This document shows positions 1-12,756 of a stretch of 64,000 nt of DNA, piece after piece; position 1 is the stretch's first letter; every line of letters begins with the position of its first letter. The DNA is from Mobula birostris (taxonomy: Eukaryota): the NCBI RefSeq assembly GCF_030028105.1, contig NC_092378.1, positions 125,415,731-125,479,730 on the forward strand, in the 5' to 3' direction. The notes beneath the pieces were generated by a model that was given only the letters and a program-made list of their open reading frames with translations, did no database searches and was not told where the DNA came from. Made by a program: the position numbers and the translations under genes.

Positions 1-1036
1 AGAGAATCAGCGAAAAGTAACGTATTTTGCTTGAATCAAGACAGATAGGGAGTATGGTGCTTCAAGGCCTTGAAAAAGATGTGCTTTGAGTGCAGAAATC
101 CTCTGTCAAATGAAACGTTGCAGAGTCCAGCCAGCAGTTTCAATGACTGTCCAGAACTTATCTCCAAAATTGATCTTCAGTTAGAGAAATACATTATCAT
201 ATCTTACATAATCTTTTTTTTTCCATTCTACTATGAACATCAACTAAACTGACTGGTCATATGGAAAATTTTTAGAATTGGAACGAGAAGTGTAATAATC
301 CCTGAGTGATGAAAATGATTTCATTTTTGTAATCTGTACATTGGTCCCATCTTTTACAACAGATATTTGAATATAGTTTAACTGTTATTCTTATGTGACA
401 ATGCTCCTTTGTTTACTCTTGAAAATATTGATGGCTTCTTAAATGCAGTTTCTTCCACATTGATCCAAATAAAGAAAAATACAAATCTTGATGAAACCTC
501 TTACATGAAGGATTCTCTTAAAATGCAGAGGCTTCATAAAATGAAGGAAATTTGAAATAAAACTTATTATTTAAAAGAGGCTGGCTTTATAATACAATAT
601 ACAGAATAAACCAGAGTTTTATCCAAGAATAACTACCAGAGGAGGTAACAGAAGTTTTTTTTAAAAAAGACACCCCTTTATAAAAAAGGTTCTGTAGACA
701 AGTCAATTTAACAACATACTCAGACAATATTAAGTTACAGATAATTAACAAATGAATACAATCAATTCATACGAAAATCTTCTGCTTTGAAATCTGTGGT
801 AGTCTTGTGGATGTGAAAAAATCTTAACCATGTTACTGCTGTATGTAAAAGTTCGGTAAACTTCATTACGAAAATATAAAATGCACAGCAGGCTTCCACC
901 AATTCATTTTATCTTCACTGGTAGTACAAATTTTCAGTAAAAAAAAAGTACTGAAACTATTCTTCCCAATTAGTTTCACTGCAAAATTATACATATCCAA
1001 GAGGTATCCCATCAAATTTTTGTAATGGTCAATGTT

Positions 1037-1208
1037 TCATCGGATTGGTCTATATGAAAAAGCCATACCCGGCATATATGTCTGCACTGGATGAGTTGAG
1101 TACATGGGATATCGAGCGGGTGATGCATGTATATGTGGATAGAATCCCGGTGGCAATGCAGTGTGTGAAGACTGTTGTACTGGTCCAGTCAAAACCAACT
1201 GAAGCAAG
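1037..1208 (-). CDS. INTS15: Integrator complex subunit 15 (C7orf26), last coding exon
   Basis: Acceptor ttttccttaacag|C, then LLQLVLTGPVQQSSHTALPPGFYPHIH...FSYRPIR*, matching the recalled INTS15 C-terminus (LLQLVISGPVQQSPHAALPPGFYPHIH...FRPIR). TGA at 1039-1037. Confidence 0.93.
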
Positions 1209-2923
1209 CTGTTAAGGAAAAAACAAAATCATACTTAAGAGCTTTCCTTTAGTCATTTTTTAAACTTACAGTGTGATAAATATGATCAAAATAAAATCTC
1301 ACAAAGGATTCTTCTGATAAATATAATATGATAGATGAAACATGTTTAATAGTGATCCACTTAAATATGAAACGATGTGAACTTAAAGTAATTTTCTGTG
1401 GTTGTTAGTTATTCATGATTGTTTTTTATTTAAGACGTTCACACTAAAAATGTATTATTGTAGCATTTAAAATAAATTCATCCCTGCAATGAAATTTTAA
1501 AAATCTGAAATTCAATCTCCTGCTTCATTCAATGTTTTCACATTATAAAACATGAGGAAATAAATCTTCCTTTCCTTTAACTTCTCTTGAACCACAAGTG
1601 ACCTGCCAAGGATTCATGACAATGTCACATGCTCAGACTGGTCTGAACCAATTAAAAAAAATTCTCCCACCCGTGGTGTACTAAAACTTAGAACAAGTAT
1701 GAGGGGAAAGTAAAGCTAATATGGACAGTCATATGTAACTAAATACAACTAAGCAAATATATCTTAAATTTAAATTTTGTTTGCACTCTTTTTAAAATTG
1801 TAATAAAATCTTGGACCAAAAATGTAGAGAAAAAGCTTTGAGTTGTGACACTGCAGTCAAAATGTATCAAAGTAAATGGTAAAAATCATGCCTAAGAATG
1901 TTGTTTGGTATCCTTGCATACAAATATAACCAAAATAATAAAATGGACATCCTCTTCTGACTCTAAATTTGCAGCTTAGCTCTATGACAAACTCCTGATT
2001 GAGTCTGGCAAGTTGAACCTCTGGTAACCTCATACCCCTTGAGCATGAATGCATGGGAGAAGCCACATGACCAACCACTGCACATGCAAATGATGCATGA
2101 TGATTGGTCCTTCTACGTGATTCATAGGATTCCTTTGGACACATTTTTAATCCAAGTTATTTCTTATACCTTTCAACTACCCCAAGTAGGAACTTAATTG
2201 AAAAACATTAGAAATACCCATTTAAAAAAATCACTCTTCCCAACATCCTTAACCCTGTTAACTATGACACTAAGGACCAGCACTATATTCCTCCCCCCCC
2301 ACCCGCAATCCACTCCCCAACCAATTCCAGACCTCTCTTTAGACAGAACTCCCACTCTCAGGGCCTTCCTCTCTTCTCCTGACAGAATATAGAACCTCAT
2401 TCTGAATTTGAGATGCAGTTACCATCTGGATCTCATTCAGAGGGGTCTCCCCTCTCAGCAATTTAGACGAGCTGAAAATTTCAGAACCTGATTACTAAAG
2501 AGGAAAGTTGCCCACTATCATCTAGACATAGAAATTAAGCTCCTAGTGGTATGGTGAGGAACCCATTTTGCCTGAAGATAATGCAACCTCATTGATCCCT
2601 TGTGAAATGAAGGTACTGGAAGTTACTGATACATCAGAAGATCTGCATGATAACAGCTTGAAAAAAATACCAATGACAGGATAATGAAAATACTTGTAAT
2701 GCTAGAGATAAAGGAAACACTTCCTTTTTCTTTGTTTCTATACTGCTTATTCACTGCCTAATATATTCATATGAATTCTCTGATTATTTTAAGAGAATCA
2801 ATATTTAAAAAGATGAGCAATTTACATTTTAAAGAAATTCACATCAACTTGTTTTAATCCGAACCAATTTAGATGAATGCTTTTCCAAAAAAATTAACTG
2901 TCATATAGACAACGTATACTTAC

Positions 2924-2963
2924 TTGTTATGTGGAAGTGCAGAGCAGATGGATCGCAAGTCAT
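2924..2963 (-). CDS. INTS15: INTS15 coding exon 5 (40 nt)
   Basis: ttttctag|AT GAC TTG CGA...CAT AAC AA|gtaagt encodes (D)DLRSICSALPHN(N). Phases fit both neighbouring exons. Confidence 0.92.
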
Positions 2964-3974
2964 CTAGAAAATCAATTATATGAATAAACAAAATTCAGTT
3001 GACAATATCAAAATATTGATATATTTAATACTTTAAATTTCTTTTATACTTTCTGAATTTACATTTTAAAACAAAACAAAGCTCTACAAGGGCAAAACTT
3101 TCAGTTTTTTTTATTAAATTAACTAAATTTTCTGAGATTTGAATTGATAATATTACATCAGAAAAAGCCCATCCTAGACTGTATTTTATCTTTGGAAGAT
3201 TAGATCCCCAATTGTATTTCAAAGTACACATCATACAATTTGGCCCAGTATTTTTTTCTATATAGAATTGGCATAGTTTACAAATCAAGTCGCTTAGCTG
3301 AGTTTTGTATTTCCCTTCTTCAGAATTTATGAGGCATATGAAGTAGGTATTTCATAGTGTTATACCGTTCAAAATTCAGAACAAGAGTAAGATTGGGCTT
3401 TAAATAAAACTGAAATCAACTACTTTAAATGGCAAACAATACTGTTATATTACTTAATTTCTTGTTCTTTCAATACTTAACAATTTACTAATATTTAACA
3501 AAGCATTTAAAATAATTGAATTAGTATATGTAAATATACAAACTCAACAAGAACTACTGAACTTGAATTATAAAAGATAAATTGTTGATATTGTAATTAA
3601 TAAAACGAGAATGGGAGTTTTTACAAAAGGATTAATTACAATCATTCAGTCACAAAACATTAAAAGATGTAATACAAAGAGTAGAAAATTATAGTCAAAA
3701 GAATACTGAAGTTTAGACAAATTTCCAGTTTTTCAGTTATTGCCTAACATCTCTTATTAGAAGACTCAACAACAATATGCCTACAGGTGTTTGCTAAAGT
3801 AATGTTTGAGCTAATTACTCAAAGTGGGTCACTAAAATTCCCACAATAAAGGTTTACCCTATCTAACAAATGAAACTTGCCATATTGGAAAGTCATGCCT
3901 ACAATCAGTGTTACAGTATCATTTCCAGTCTTTTTGGATTCCCTTCGATGGTTAGCAATTAAATTACCTCTTAC

Positions 3975-4505
3975 CTCTTGCACATAATAGTGCTCCTGAT
4001 GCAATACCAACTTGTAGAGCTTGAGCTAATCTATCCAATGTGAGTTCAACCTCCTTCACAGGATTTGAAGGATTAAGTTCTTTAACTAATTTGTTAATGT
4101 CTCCAACAAGCCGCTCTACATGATCAAACAAGATGAGTTCTAATCGTCCATACAAGTTTTTTTCTGTTAAATGACCTTGAAGTATCATAAGAACTTGAAG
4201 AACACTTAAATGCAACTTTGAATAAAGGATTTTGAAGTCCTTGTTTCCATCACTTTCAACCTCCTTGCATACTTTATTGGTATGCCCATTCACTAAGGAT
4301 TGTGCTGAAGAAGCGTTACAGTTCTTTTTGTAAGCCAAAGGTGCAAGCACACACCATCGTATCAGGCCTGGAAGTGGTGTTAGTTCCAAAAATCCACGGG
4401 GCAGGTTAGCGGCACTGTTCAAAAATGTAATAAGTGTCAACCGTGGATCTTCGTATACCCATGATACAACCATCTCCAGTAAATCTTGAGGAGGAATCAG
4501 ATCAT
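3975..4505 (-). CDS. INTS15: INTS15 coding exon 4 (531 nt)
   Basis: Inside ORF 3964..4554: DDLIPPQDLLEMVVSWVYEDPRL...YSKLHLSVLQVLM...LDRLAQALQV...GALLCAR. Acceptor ttccag| and donor G|gtaaga. Confidence 0.96.
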
Positions 4506-4639
4506 CTGGAACAACACGTAAGTGCTCAGAGAAGACATCATAACAATATGTCACCCCACTTCCTTCACAACCCTATGATCATTTTTATTCTTAAGGATAC
4601 TGCAAGCATAATGTCCACTGAAATAGATTATTACACAAG

Positions 4640-7600
4640 ATAACGGGTCGAGGTGAGGTAGGTTATCTGTGTAGAATACAAACAGGAAAAATGTGTGTGA
4701 GGCCAGTGTTCTGTGTTTGGTGTCAGATGTGGGAAGTCTGGGAGACTGCCAGCCTCCCACATCTGTGCCAGGTGCGTCAAGCTGCAGCTCCTTAGGGACC
4801 TTGTTAGGGAACTGGAGATGCAGCTGGATTACCTTCATCAGGTCAGGGAAAGTGAGGAGGTGATAGAGAGGAGCTCTAGGCAGGTATTCACACTGGGGTC
4901 TGGGGAGACAGATAAGTGGGTAACAGTCAGGAGAGGGAAGTGCAGGAGTCAGAGGCTAGAGGGTACCCCTGTGGCTGTCCCCCTTGACAATAAGTACTCC
5001 TGCTTGAGAACTGTTGGGGGGAGACGGCCTACCTGGGGGAAGCAACAGTGGCTACGCCTCTGGCACAGAGTCTGGCCCTGTGGATCAGAAGGGTAGGGAA
5101 AGGAAGAGGATGGCATCAGTGATAGGGGACTCTATAGTTAGGGGGTCAGAAGGCGATTCTGTGGACGCAGGAAAGAAGCACAGACAGTAGTTTGCCTCCC
5201 AGGTGCCAGGGTCCGGAATGATTCTGTTCGCGTCCATGAAATCCTGAAGTGGGAAGGAGAACAGCCAGAAGTCGTGGTACATATTGGTACCAACGTCTTA
5301 GGCAGAAAAAGGGAGGTGGTCCTGAAAGCAGACTACAGTGAGTAAGGAAGGAAGTTGAGAAGCAGGACCATAAAGGTAGTCAACTCCGGATTACTGCCTG
5401 TGCCACGTGACAGTATAGGAATAGAGTGAGGTGGAGGATAAATGAGTGGCTGAGGGATTGGAGCAGGGGGCAGGGATTCAGATTTCTGGATCATTGGGAC
5501 CTCTTTTGGGGAAAGAGTGACCTTACAAAAAGGACGGGTTGCACTTGAATCCCGGGGGACCAATATCTAGGCAGGGAGGTTTGCTAAGGGTATTGGGGAG
5601 AGTTTAAACTGGGATTGCTGGGGGTGGGAACCGAACTGAAGAGACGGAGGAAGAGGCAGTTGGCTCACAAATAGAGAAAGCTTGGAGACAGTGTGAGAGA
5701 GAGGATAGGCAGGTGATAGAGAAGGGACGCGCTCAGACTGATGGTTTAGGATGTGTCTATTTTAATGTAATTCTATTAAGAACAAAGTGGATGAGCTTAG
5801 AGCGTGGATCAGCACTTGGAGCTATGATGTTGTGGCCATTACAGAGACTTGGATGGCTCAATGGTTACTTCGATGCCAGGCTTTAGGTGTTTCAGCAAGT
5901 ACAGGGAGGGAGGCAAAAGAGGTGGGGGGCGTGGCACTGTTGATCAGAGATAGTGTCACGGCTGCAGAAAAGGAGGAAGACATGGAGGGATTGTCTACGG
6001 AGTCTCTATGGGTGGAAGTTAGGAACAGGAAGGGGTCAATAACTCTACTGGGTGTTTTTTTATAGATCACCCAATAGTAACAGGGACACCAAGGAGCAGA
6101 TAGGGAGACAGATTTTGGAAAGGTGTAATAATAACAGGGTTTCGTGGTGGGAGATTTTAATTTCCCAAATATCGATTGGCATGTCCCTACAGCGAGGGGT
6201 TTAGATGGGATGGAGTTTGTTAGGTGTCTTCAAGAAGGTTTCTTGACACAATATGTAGATAAGCTTATAGGAGGAGAACCTATATTTGATCTGGTATCGG
6301 GAAATAGACCTGAGATTTCTCAGTGGGGCAGCATTTTGGAGATGTGATCATAGTTCTATCTCCTTTATCATAGCATTGGAAGGGATAGAAACAGACAAAT
6401 TAGGAAAGCGTTTAATTGGAGTAAGGGGAAATATGAGGGTATCAGGCAGGAACTTGGAAGCATAAATTGGGAACAGATGTTCTCAGGGAAATGTACGGCA
6501 GAAATCTGACAAATGTTCAGGGGATATTTGTGTGGAGTTCTGCATAGGTACGTTCCAATGAGACCGGGAAAGGATGGTAGGGTACAGGAACCCTGGTGTA
6601 CAAAGAGTGTTGTAAAACTAGTCAAAAAGAAGAGCTTACGAAAGGTTCAAAAATCTAGATAATGATAGAGATCTAGAAGATTATAAGGCTAACAGGAAGA
6701 AGCTTAAGAAAGAAATTAGGAGAGCCAGAAGGGGCCATGAGAAGGCCTTAGCGGACAGGATTAAGGAAAACCCCAAGACATTCTACAAGTAAGTGAAGAG
6801 CAAGAGGATAAGACATGAGAGAATAGGACCAATCAAGAGTGACAGTGGAAAAATGTGTATAGAACCGGAGGAGACAACAGAGGTACTTAATGAGTACTTT
6901 GCTTCAGTATTCACTACAGAAAAGGATCTTGGCAATTGTAGGGATTACTTACAGCGGACTGAAAAGCTTGAGCATGTAGATATTAAGAAAGAGGATGCGC
7001 TGGAGCTTTTGGAAAGCATCAAGTTGGATAAGTCACCAAGACCGGACGAGATATACCCCAGGCTACTGTGGGAGGCAAGGGAGGAGATTGCTGAGCTTCT
7101 GGCGATGATGTTTGCATGATCAATGGGGACGGGAGAGGTTCCGGATGATTGGAAAGTTGAGGATGTTGTTCCCTTATTCTAGAGACAGCCCAGGAAATTA
7201 TAGATCAGTGAGTCTTACTTCAGTGGTTGGTAAGTTGATGGAGAAGATCCTGAAAGGCAGGATTTATGAACATTTGGAGAGGCATAATATGATTAGGAAA
7301 GTTGGCATGGCTTTGTGAAAGGCAGGTCGTGCCTTACGAGCCTAGTTGAATTTTTGAGGATGCGACTAAACACATTGATGAAGGTAGAGCAGTAGATGTA
7401 GTGTGTATGGATTTTGGCAAGGTATTTGATAAGGTACCCCATGCAAGGCTTATTGAGAAAGTAAGGAGGCATGGGACCCAAGGGGACATTGCTTTGTGGA
7501 TCCAGAACAGGCTTGCCTACAGAAGGCAAAGAGTGGTTGTAGATGGGTCATATTCTGCATGGAGGTCAGTAGCCAGTGGTGTGCCTCAGGGATCCGTTTT

Positions 7601-8570
7601 GGCACCCCTATTCCTTGTGACTTTTATAAATGACCTGAATGAGGAAGTGGAGGGATGGGTTAGTAAATTTGCTGATGACACAAAGGTTAGGTGTGTTGTG
7701 GATAGTGTGGAGGGCTGTCAGAGGTTACAATGGGATATTAATAAGATGCATAACTGGGCTGAGAAGTGGCAGATGAAGTTCAACCCAGTTAAGTGTGAGG
7801 TGGTTCATTTTGGTAGGTCAAATATGATGGCAGAATATAGTATTAATAGTAAGACTCTTGGCAGTGTGGAGGATCAGAGGGATCTTGGGGTCCGAGTCCA
7901 TAGGACACTTAAAACTGCTGCACAGGTCAAATCTGTGGTTAAGAAAGGATATGGTGCATTGGCCTTCATCAATCGTGGGATTGAGTTTAGGAACTGAGGG
8001 GTAATGTTGCAACTGTACAGGACGCTGGTCAGACCCCACTTGGAGTACTGTGCTCAGTTCTGGTCGCCTAACTATAGGAAGGATGTGGAAACCATAGAAA
8101 GGGTTCAGAGGAGATTTACAAGGATCTTGCTTGGATTGGGAGCATGCCTTATGAGAATAGGTTGAGTGAACTTGGCCTTTTCTCCTTGGAGCGATGAAGG
8201 ATGAGAGGTGACCTGATAGAGGGGTATAAGATGAGAGGTATTGATCATGTGGATAGTCAGAAGCTTTTTCCCAGTGCTGAAATTGCTAGCACGAGAAGGC
8301 ACAGTTTTAAGGTGCTTGGAAGTAGGTACAGAGGAGATGTCAGAGGTAAGTTTTTTACACAGAGAGTGGTGAGTGCGTGGAATGGGCTGCGGCGACGGTG
8401 GTGGAGGCAGATACGATAGGGTCTTTTAAGAGACTACTGGACAAGTACATGGAGCTCAGAAAAATAGAGGGTTATGGGTAACCCTAGGTAATTTCTAAGG
8501 TAAGGGACATGTTCGGCACAGCTTTGTGGGGGTGAGGGGCTTGTATTTTGCTGTAGGTTTTGTATGTTCT
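4640..8570 (+). mobile_element. Near-full-length decayed CR1 LINE (ORF1 zinc finger + SGNH esterase; ORF2 APE endonuclease + RT) in an INTS15 intron
   Basis: ORF1 fragments CxxC..CARCVKLQLL, VIGDSIVRG, VVHIGTN, DGLHLN. ORF2 fragments [67 protein letters not shown]. Many stops and frameshifts. Confidence 0.93.
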
Positions 8571-8790
8571 AAATTATCGTAATGAGAGAGAGAAAAAGAA
8601 ACAAAATTTTTTTTTCCAAATTTCAACGTTCCCTTGAAATGCTGCCAAGTGGAACAACTAATTGAGAACAGCAGCATAACCAGAGTAGAGCCTGAAAATA
8701 TGCAGATGGGAAAAATATACTTTAAAACTGTATAAAATTAAACTATTCATGTCAGCACAGTCAGAGACTTCATTAAGTAAAATAGCATAC

Positions 8791-8956
8791 CTGTTGAAAG
8801 GTCATATAATGCAGTGACAGCAGTGATCAGCTGACAGCAAAATCGTGGACTGGCATGAACAATTCGCTTTAATGTCTGCACAGATCCTGGTACCAATATG
8901 CAGTAATCCTCAACAAGTACCTTTGCAAGTTTCACACAGAATACCGCATGCGTTCG
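8791..8956 (-). CDS. INTS15: INTS15 coding exon 3 (166 nt)
   Basis: RTHAVFCVKLAKVLVEDYCILVPGSVQTLKRIVHASPRFCCQLITAVTALYDLST. Acceptor ttgcag| and donor G|gtatgc. Confidence 0.95.
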
Positions 8957-9304
8957 CTGCAAATCCAACCAATTTAATTTCAAACATTTTTAATGTTAAG
9001 TATCATTAAATGATTGATCTAACCATATTTAAAAATTAATAATACAACACTGGCAATGGATACAATAAATCATGCAAGTAACCTGGTAAAATACAGAAAA
9101 GTTTTAATTACTAATATAAAACATTACTTTTATAAACTTGATAATTATAAGGATTTTCTTTTGCAACCTAAATTAACAATCTCTTGTACTCCACATATAC
9201 AAATGATGGCAACAAATTATTAGAATTATACATTCATTATTACAGAACAGCAATTTACTTTACCATATCCTTTAAAATTCACTTTCTCATTAGGTGAAAC
9301 ATAC

Positions 9305-9526
9305 CTGCAACCATAATGCAGTACATTCCAAAATGGGAACACGACAAATTGCTACTGCCATGGATACAAGTTTTCCCAACATAGCCAGTCTATTTTCATC
9401 AGCTTTATTACCCTGAGGACCAAACAGTGCAGAGAAGATGATCTGTCGAACTGCATCTTTACTCTGTTCTTGGAAGTAACTACACATGATCTCCAGCAAT
9501 TGTAGCTCCTGTAATGAACTTAACCG
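9305..9526 (-). CDS. INTS15: INTS15 coding exon 2 (222 nt)
   Basis: RLSSLQELQLLEIMCSYFQEQSKDAVRQIIFSALFGPQGNKADENRLAMLGKLVSMAVAICRVPILECTALWLQ. Acceptor ttttttattgtaag| and donor CAG|gtatgt. Confidence 0.95.
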
Positions 9527-9920
9527 CTTACAATAAAAAACAATATAATTAGTACACAGTAGAAATATGACCTCTCAGAAGAAAGCATAACTAAAATAAA
9601 TTTTAAAAAGACACATATCATTGGAAAACTAATGGCCTACAACTTACTAAGAATAGCAGACTCACCTGCCCCCAGATCAGTTTTTTTCCCCTACTAAGCA
9701 GATACCCCCATCTAATCCTTCTTCACAGGTGATAGAAATGCTTTTGGTAGCCCAACAAATCTCAGCCTAAGCCCAAACAGACTGTCAAACAGCTTGAAAA
9801 TTGGAGAATTTCTCCAATATTTACAGATATTTGAAAATTAAACTAAATGTAATTTTTAGCAACACACATCAAAGTTGCTGGTGAACGCAGCAGGCCAGGC
9901 AGCATCTCTAGGAAGAGGTA

Positions 9921-9958
9921 CAGTCGACATTTCAGGCCGAGACCCTTCGTCAGGACTA
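9921..9958 (-). ncRNA. Minimal hammerhead-ribozyme-like motif (C15.2>U variant)
   Basis: Minus strand reads tagtc CTGACGA A GGGTCTCGGCCT GAAA T GTC gactg. Stem I agtc/gact pairs. Confidence 0.6.
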
Positions 9959-10041
9959 ACGGAAGGAAGAGTTAGTAAAAGATTGAAGGAAGAGATTGTA
10001 GTAAGAGATTGAGATAATCTCTTACTAACTGTTCCTTCAGT

Positions 10042-10078
10042 TAGTCCTGACGAAGGGTCTCGGCCTAAAACGTCGACA
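10042..10078 (+). ncRNA. Hammerhead-like motif with core mutation (GAAA>AAAA), probably inactive
   Basis: tagtc CTGACGA A GGGTCTCGGCCT AAAA C GTC gaca. Confidence 0.5.
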
Positions 10079-10544
10079 GTACCTCTTCCTAGAGATGCTG
10101 CCTGGCCTGCTGCGTTCACCAGCAACTTTGATGTGTGTTGCTTGAATTTCCAGCATCTGCAGAATTCCTCATGTAATTTTTAAATGTTTAAAACACCAGA
10201 AACCACTAAAAATGGAATTTAGTGTTATCAGAAAAATAAAATTAAAGTTTATTCCATTTCTCCACACTAAAATCAAGAAGTCAAACAGGTACGTTTCCCA
10301 TCATATGGAAATCTGGGACTTCCTCATTCTTACATGCTTATACTAGAGTCCCAAACTTACTGTCCACCATGATAAATTCTAGAGGTCTGTCATACATGAA
10401 AAGAACAAATGCTTTAAGCCTAGTCCTTATTCTCAAAAAGGGTATTGCCTGAAACGTTTAACTATTCCATTCTTTCCATGCATTTCTTGTTTGTTTTTGT
10501 AGTTCCAAAGTTTGCAAATTTCATATACCATAGAGCCCTCATTG

Positions 10545-11215
10545 CAGAAGGAAAAGCTCCATTCAATGCAGGTTGGCACTTCCATTGTGTCCTGGATAAC
10601 GGACTACCTGACTGGCAGACCACGGTTTGTACAGCTTCAGAGCTGTGTGTCAGTCATGACTATAAGCAGCACTGGGGGCCAACAGAGAGCAGAATTGGCC
10701 CCCTTTCTGTTTACCCTGTATAGCTCAGACTTTAGATATAACACAGAGTCATGTCATCTGCAGAAATTCTCTGATAACTAAGCAATAGCTGGGTGCATAA
10801 AGGGAGGACACAAGGATTTTGTCAAATGGTGCAAGCTGAATCAACTGCAGCTCAACATCAGTAAGACAAAAGAAATAGAGATGGACTTTAGGAAGACAAA
10901 GTCTGCATAGCTTCCAGTCATTACTGATGGTGAGGACCTACAAGTACCTGGGGGTGCACCTGGATGACAGACTTGATTAGAGCATCAACACAGAGGCTGT
11001 ATTCAAGAAGGGCCAGAGTTGCCTCTACTTCCTGAGGAGACTGAGGTCTTTTGGAGTATGCAGGCCTCTCCTTCACATGTTCTACCAGTCTGTTGTCACC
11101 AGTACAATCTTCTATGCAGTGGTGTGCTGGGGCAATGGCATCAACATGAGTGATGCCAACAGGCTCAAAAAACTGATTAGAAAGGCTGGCTCTGTTATAG
11201 GAGTCAAACTGGACA
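10545..11215 (+). mobile_element. Rex1/Babar-type LINE reverse transcriptase fragment
   Basis: SWITDYLTGRPRFVQL, LAPFLFTLYSSDFRYNTESCHLQKFSD, YKYLGVHLDDRL, LYFLRRLRSFGV motifs. Confidence 0.8.
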
Positions 11216-11319
11216 CATTAGTCCAGTTTGAATTATAGGTCTTTTAAAATTATAGGTCATGCTAGTCTGAATTATGGGTCTTCTGAAATTATCTTGTACA
11301 GTTTACTTATTTAACTTAC

Positions 11320-11511
11320 TTTTGGCTGTGTGTTACGTTCTTTTGGAAGCTGAAAAATAAATTCCTCCACCAGTTCAATGGTGGACTTGTCAACCAGTGG
11401 ACCAGGTACATTCTGCAGCTGGCTGTTGAAGAAAATGTCCAAATGATACAGGAGTTCTTTTGCTGCACTTAAAGCATCTCGCCTCAAAAGGGAATGGCGA
11501 ATATCAGTCAT
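11320..11511 (-). CDS. INTS15: INTS15 first coding exon (192 coding nt)
   Basis: MTDIRHSLLRRDALSAAKELLYHLDIFFNSQLQ...EEFIFQLPKERNTQPK|gtaagt matches the INTS15 N-terminus. The six exons sum to 1323 nt, i.e. 440 aa plus stop. Confidence 0.95.
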
Positions 11512-12756
11512 CCTGTTCGGTAGACACACATAAGTTAGCAGTGCAATAAATACAGGATATTTTCATTTTATTTACTTCAGTAGTTTGCATCTTATTCTAC
11601 AGAAGGATACGTAAAATTAGAACTTAACTTTAGGATCTACAAAAGTTTAAATATGTTTATTCCAAGTCATTTCTGTAATCTTTATTTTACCTCAAGGTCA
11701 CTTTAATATAAAATCTGCCTTTCCATGAAATATGTTCACTATCACTTTATGGAAAACACATTTTAACATTTAACAAATTTAATCTAATCACATTTTCACA
11801 AGAAACCTAGCACCTCGTGACCTGTCAGACTTTCCATAAGTAGATATAATGTTCAAGCATTTTTAAATCAGCAAATCTTTTTCTAGAGTCCAATCATTTA
11901 GCAGATAAAATACTAAATTATCAGAAATTATCACTGTAATTCTTGTTTGTCTAAACAATCATATCATGTGCTTTAAAATATTCTGATGTAAAGGGTGTAA
12001 ATATATTTTTCCTACATTCAGTATTTCTGCCTGATTGTTTTACTCTTTTGTTACATTGACAGTTACAGTACTAATAACCAAATTTCCTGAAAGTTTGAGA
12101 TAAGAGCACAATATACCTAGATTGCTTAAATATTTAGTACAATTTATAAGTAGTCACCAACTGGAACCTATAAAATTTGTACTATGAATTATTAAAGCTG
12201 TCATTTACTGCCCCATATTTTATGGCCAGTGACAAAGGGACACCACCTCCCAATGGTTTCTGAAATTCAATTTTAATTTCTTCCATTTTTGTGAGATTTT
12301 CACGCCACAATCATCAACAGGGAACCTATAGGTCGAGGAACAGGCTGAGCTCCACAGTCACAGCTCTTGCTGTCAGCAAATAAGTAATAAACACTAATTA
12401 TATATATTTTAAATTATATTACAAAAAAATAAAATGAAAAGTTTGATATATTAATATCAGGATTAAGACAGAAGCTGAAATATGAAGTATTTAAGTTAAT
12501 AACAAACATTTCAAAATAAATAGAATTTATTGTCAGCATATGGAGAGAATGACACACAAGTTAACAAAATTTGTTCCTTGGCAGTAAAGAGACTGATTAC
12601 AGTAATTAAAGACATTAAAAATTAACCTTATTCAACATTTTCATTGGTTTTTATACAAGAAAGGCACACAAATAGTCAAGTTCACCTCAAATTAATGAAG
12701 TTATATTAACTACAGTCATTGTCAGAGCCAACCTGCAGAATAGCAGACAGCAATTT

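Larger units (their letters stand above)
9859..10170 (+). mobile_element. Penelope-like (PLE) terminal mini-element, inverted-repeat form, two hammerhead motifs, 12-bp TSD
   Basis: 127-bp inverted arms 9858-9984 and 10016-10142 with about 6 mismatches. TSD atgtaattttta at 9847-9858 and 10171-10182. Confidence 0.8.

Noticed and set aside
70-252. 60-aa plus-strand ORF at the window start
   Set aside because: TTG start, an in-frame stop shortly upstream and no recognisable homology; probably UTR or intergenic.
12117-12369. Possible extra INTS15 5' UTR exon (tttgctgacag| ... TAG|gtatat)
   Set aside because: Splice-like signals only; it would add upstream ATGs and cannot be supported without transcript data.
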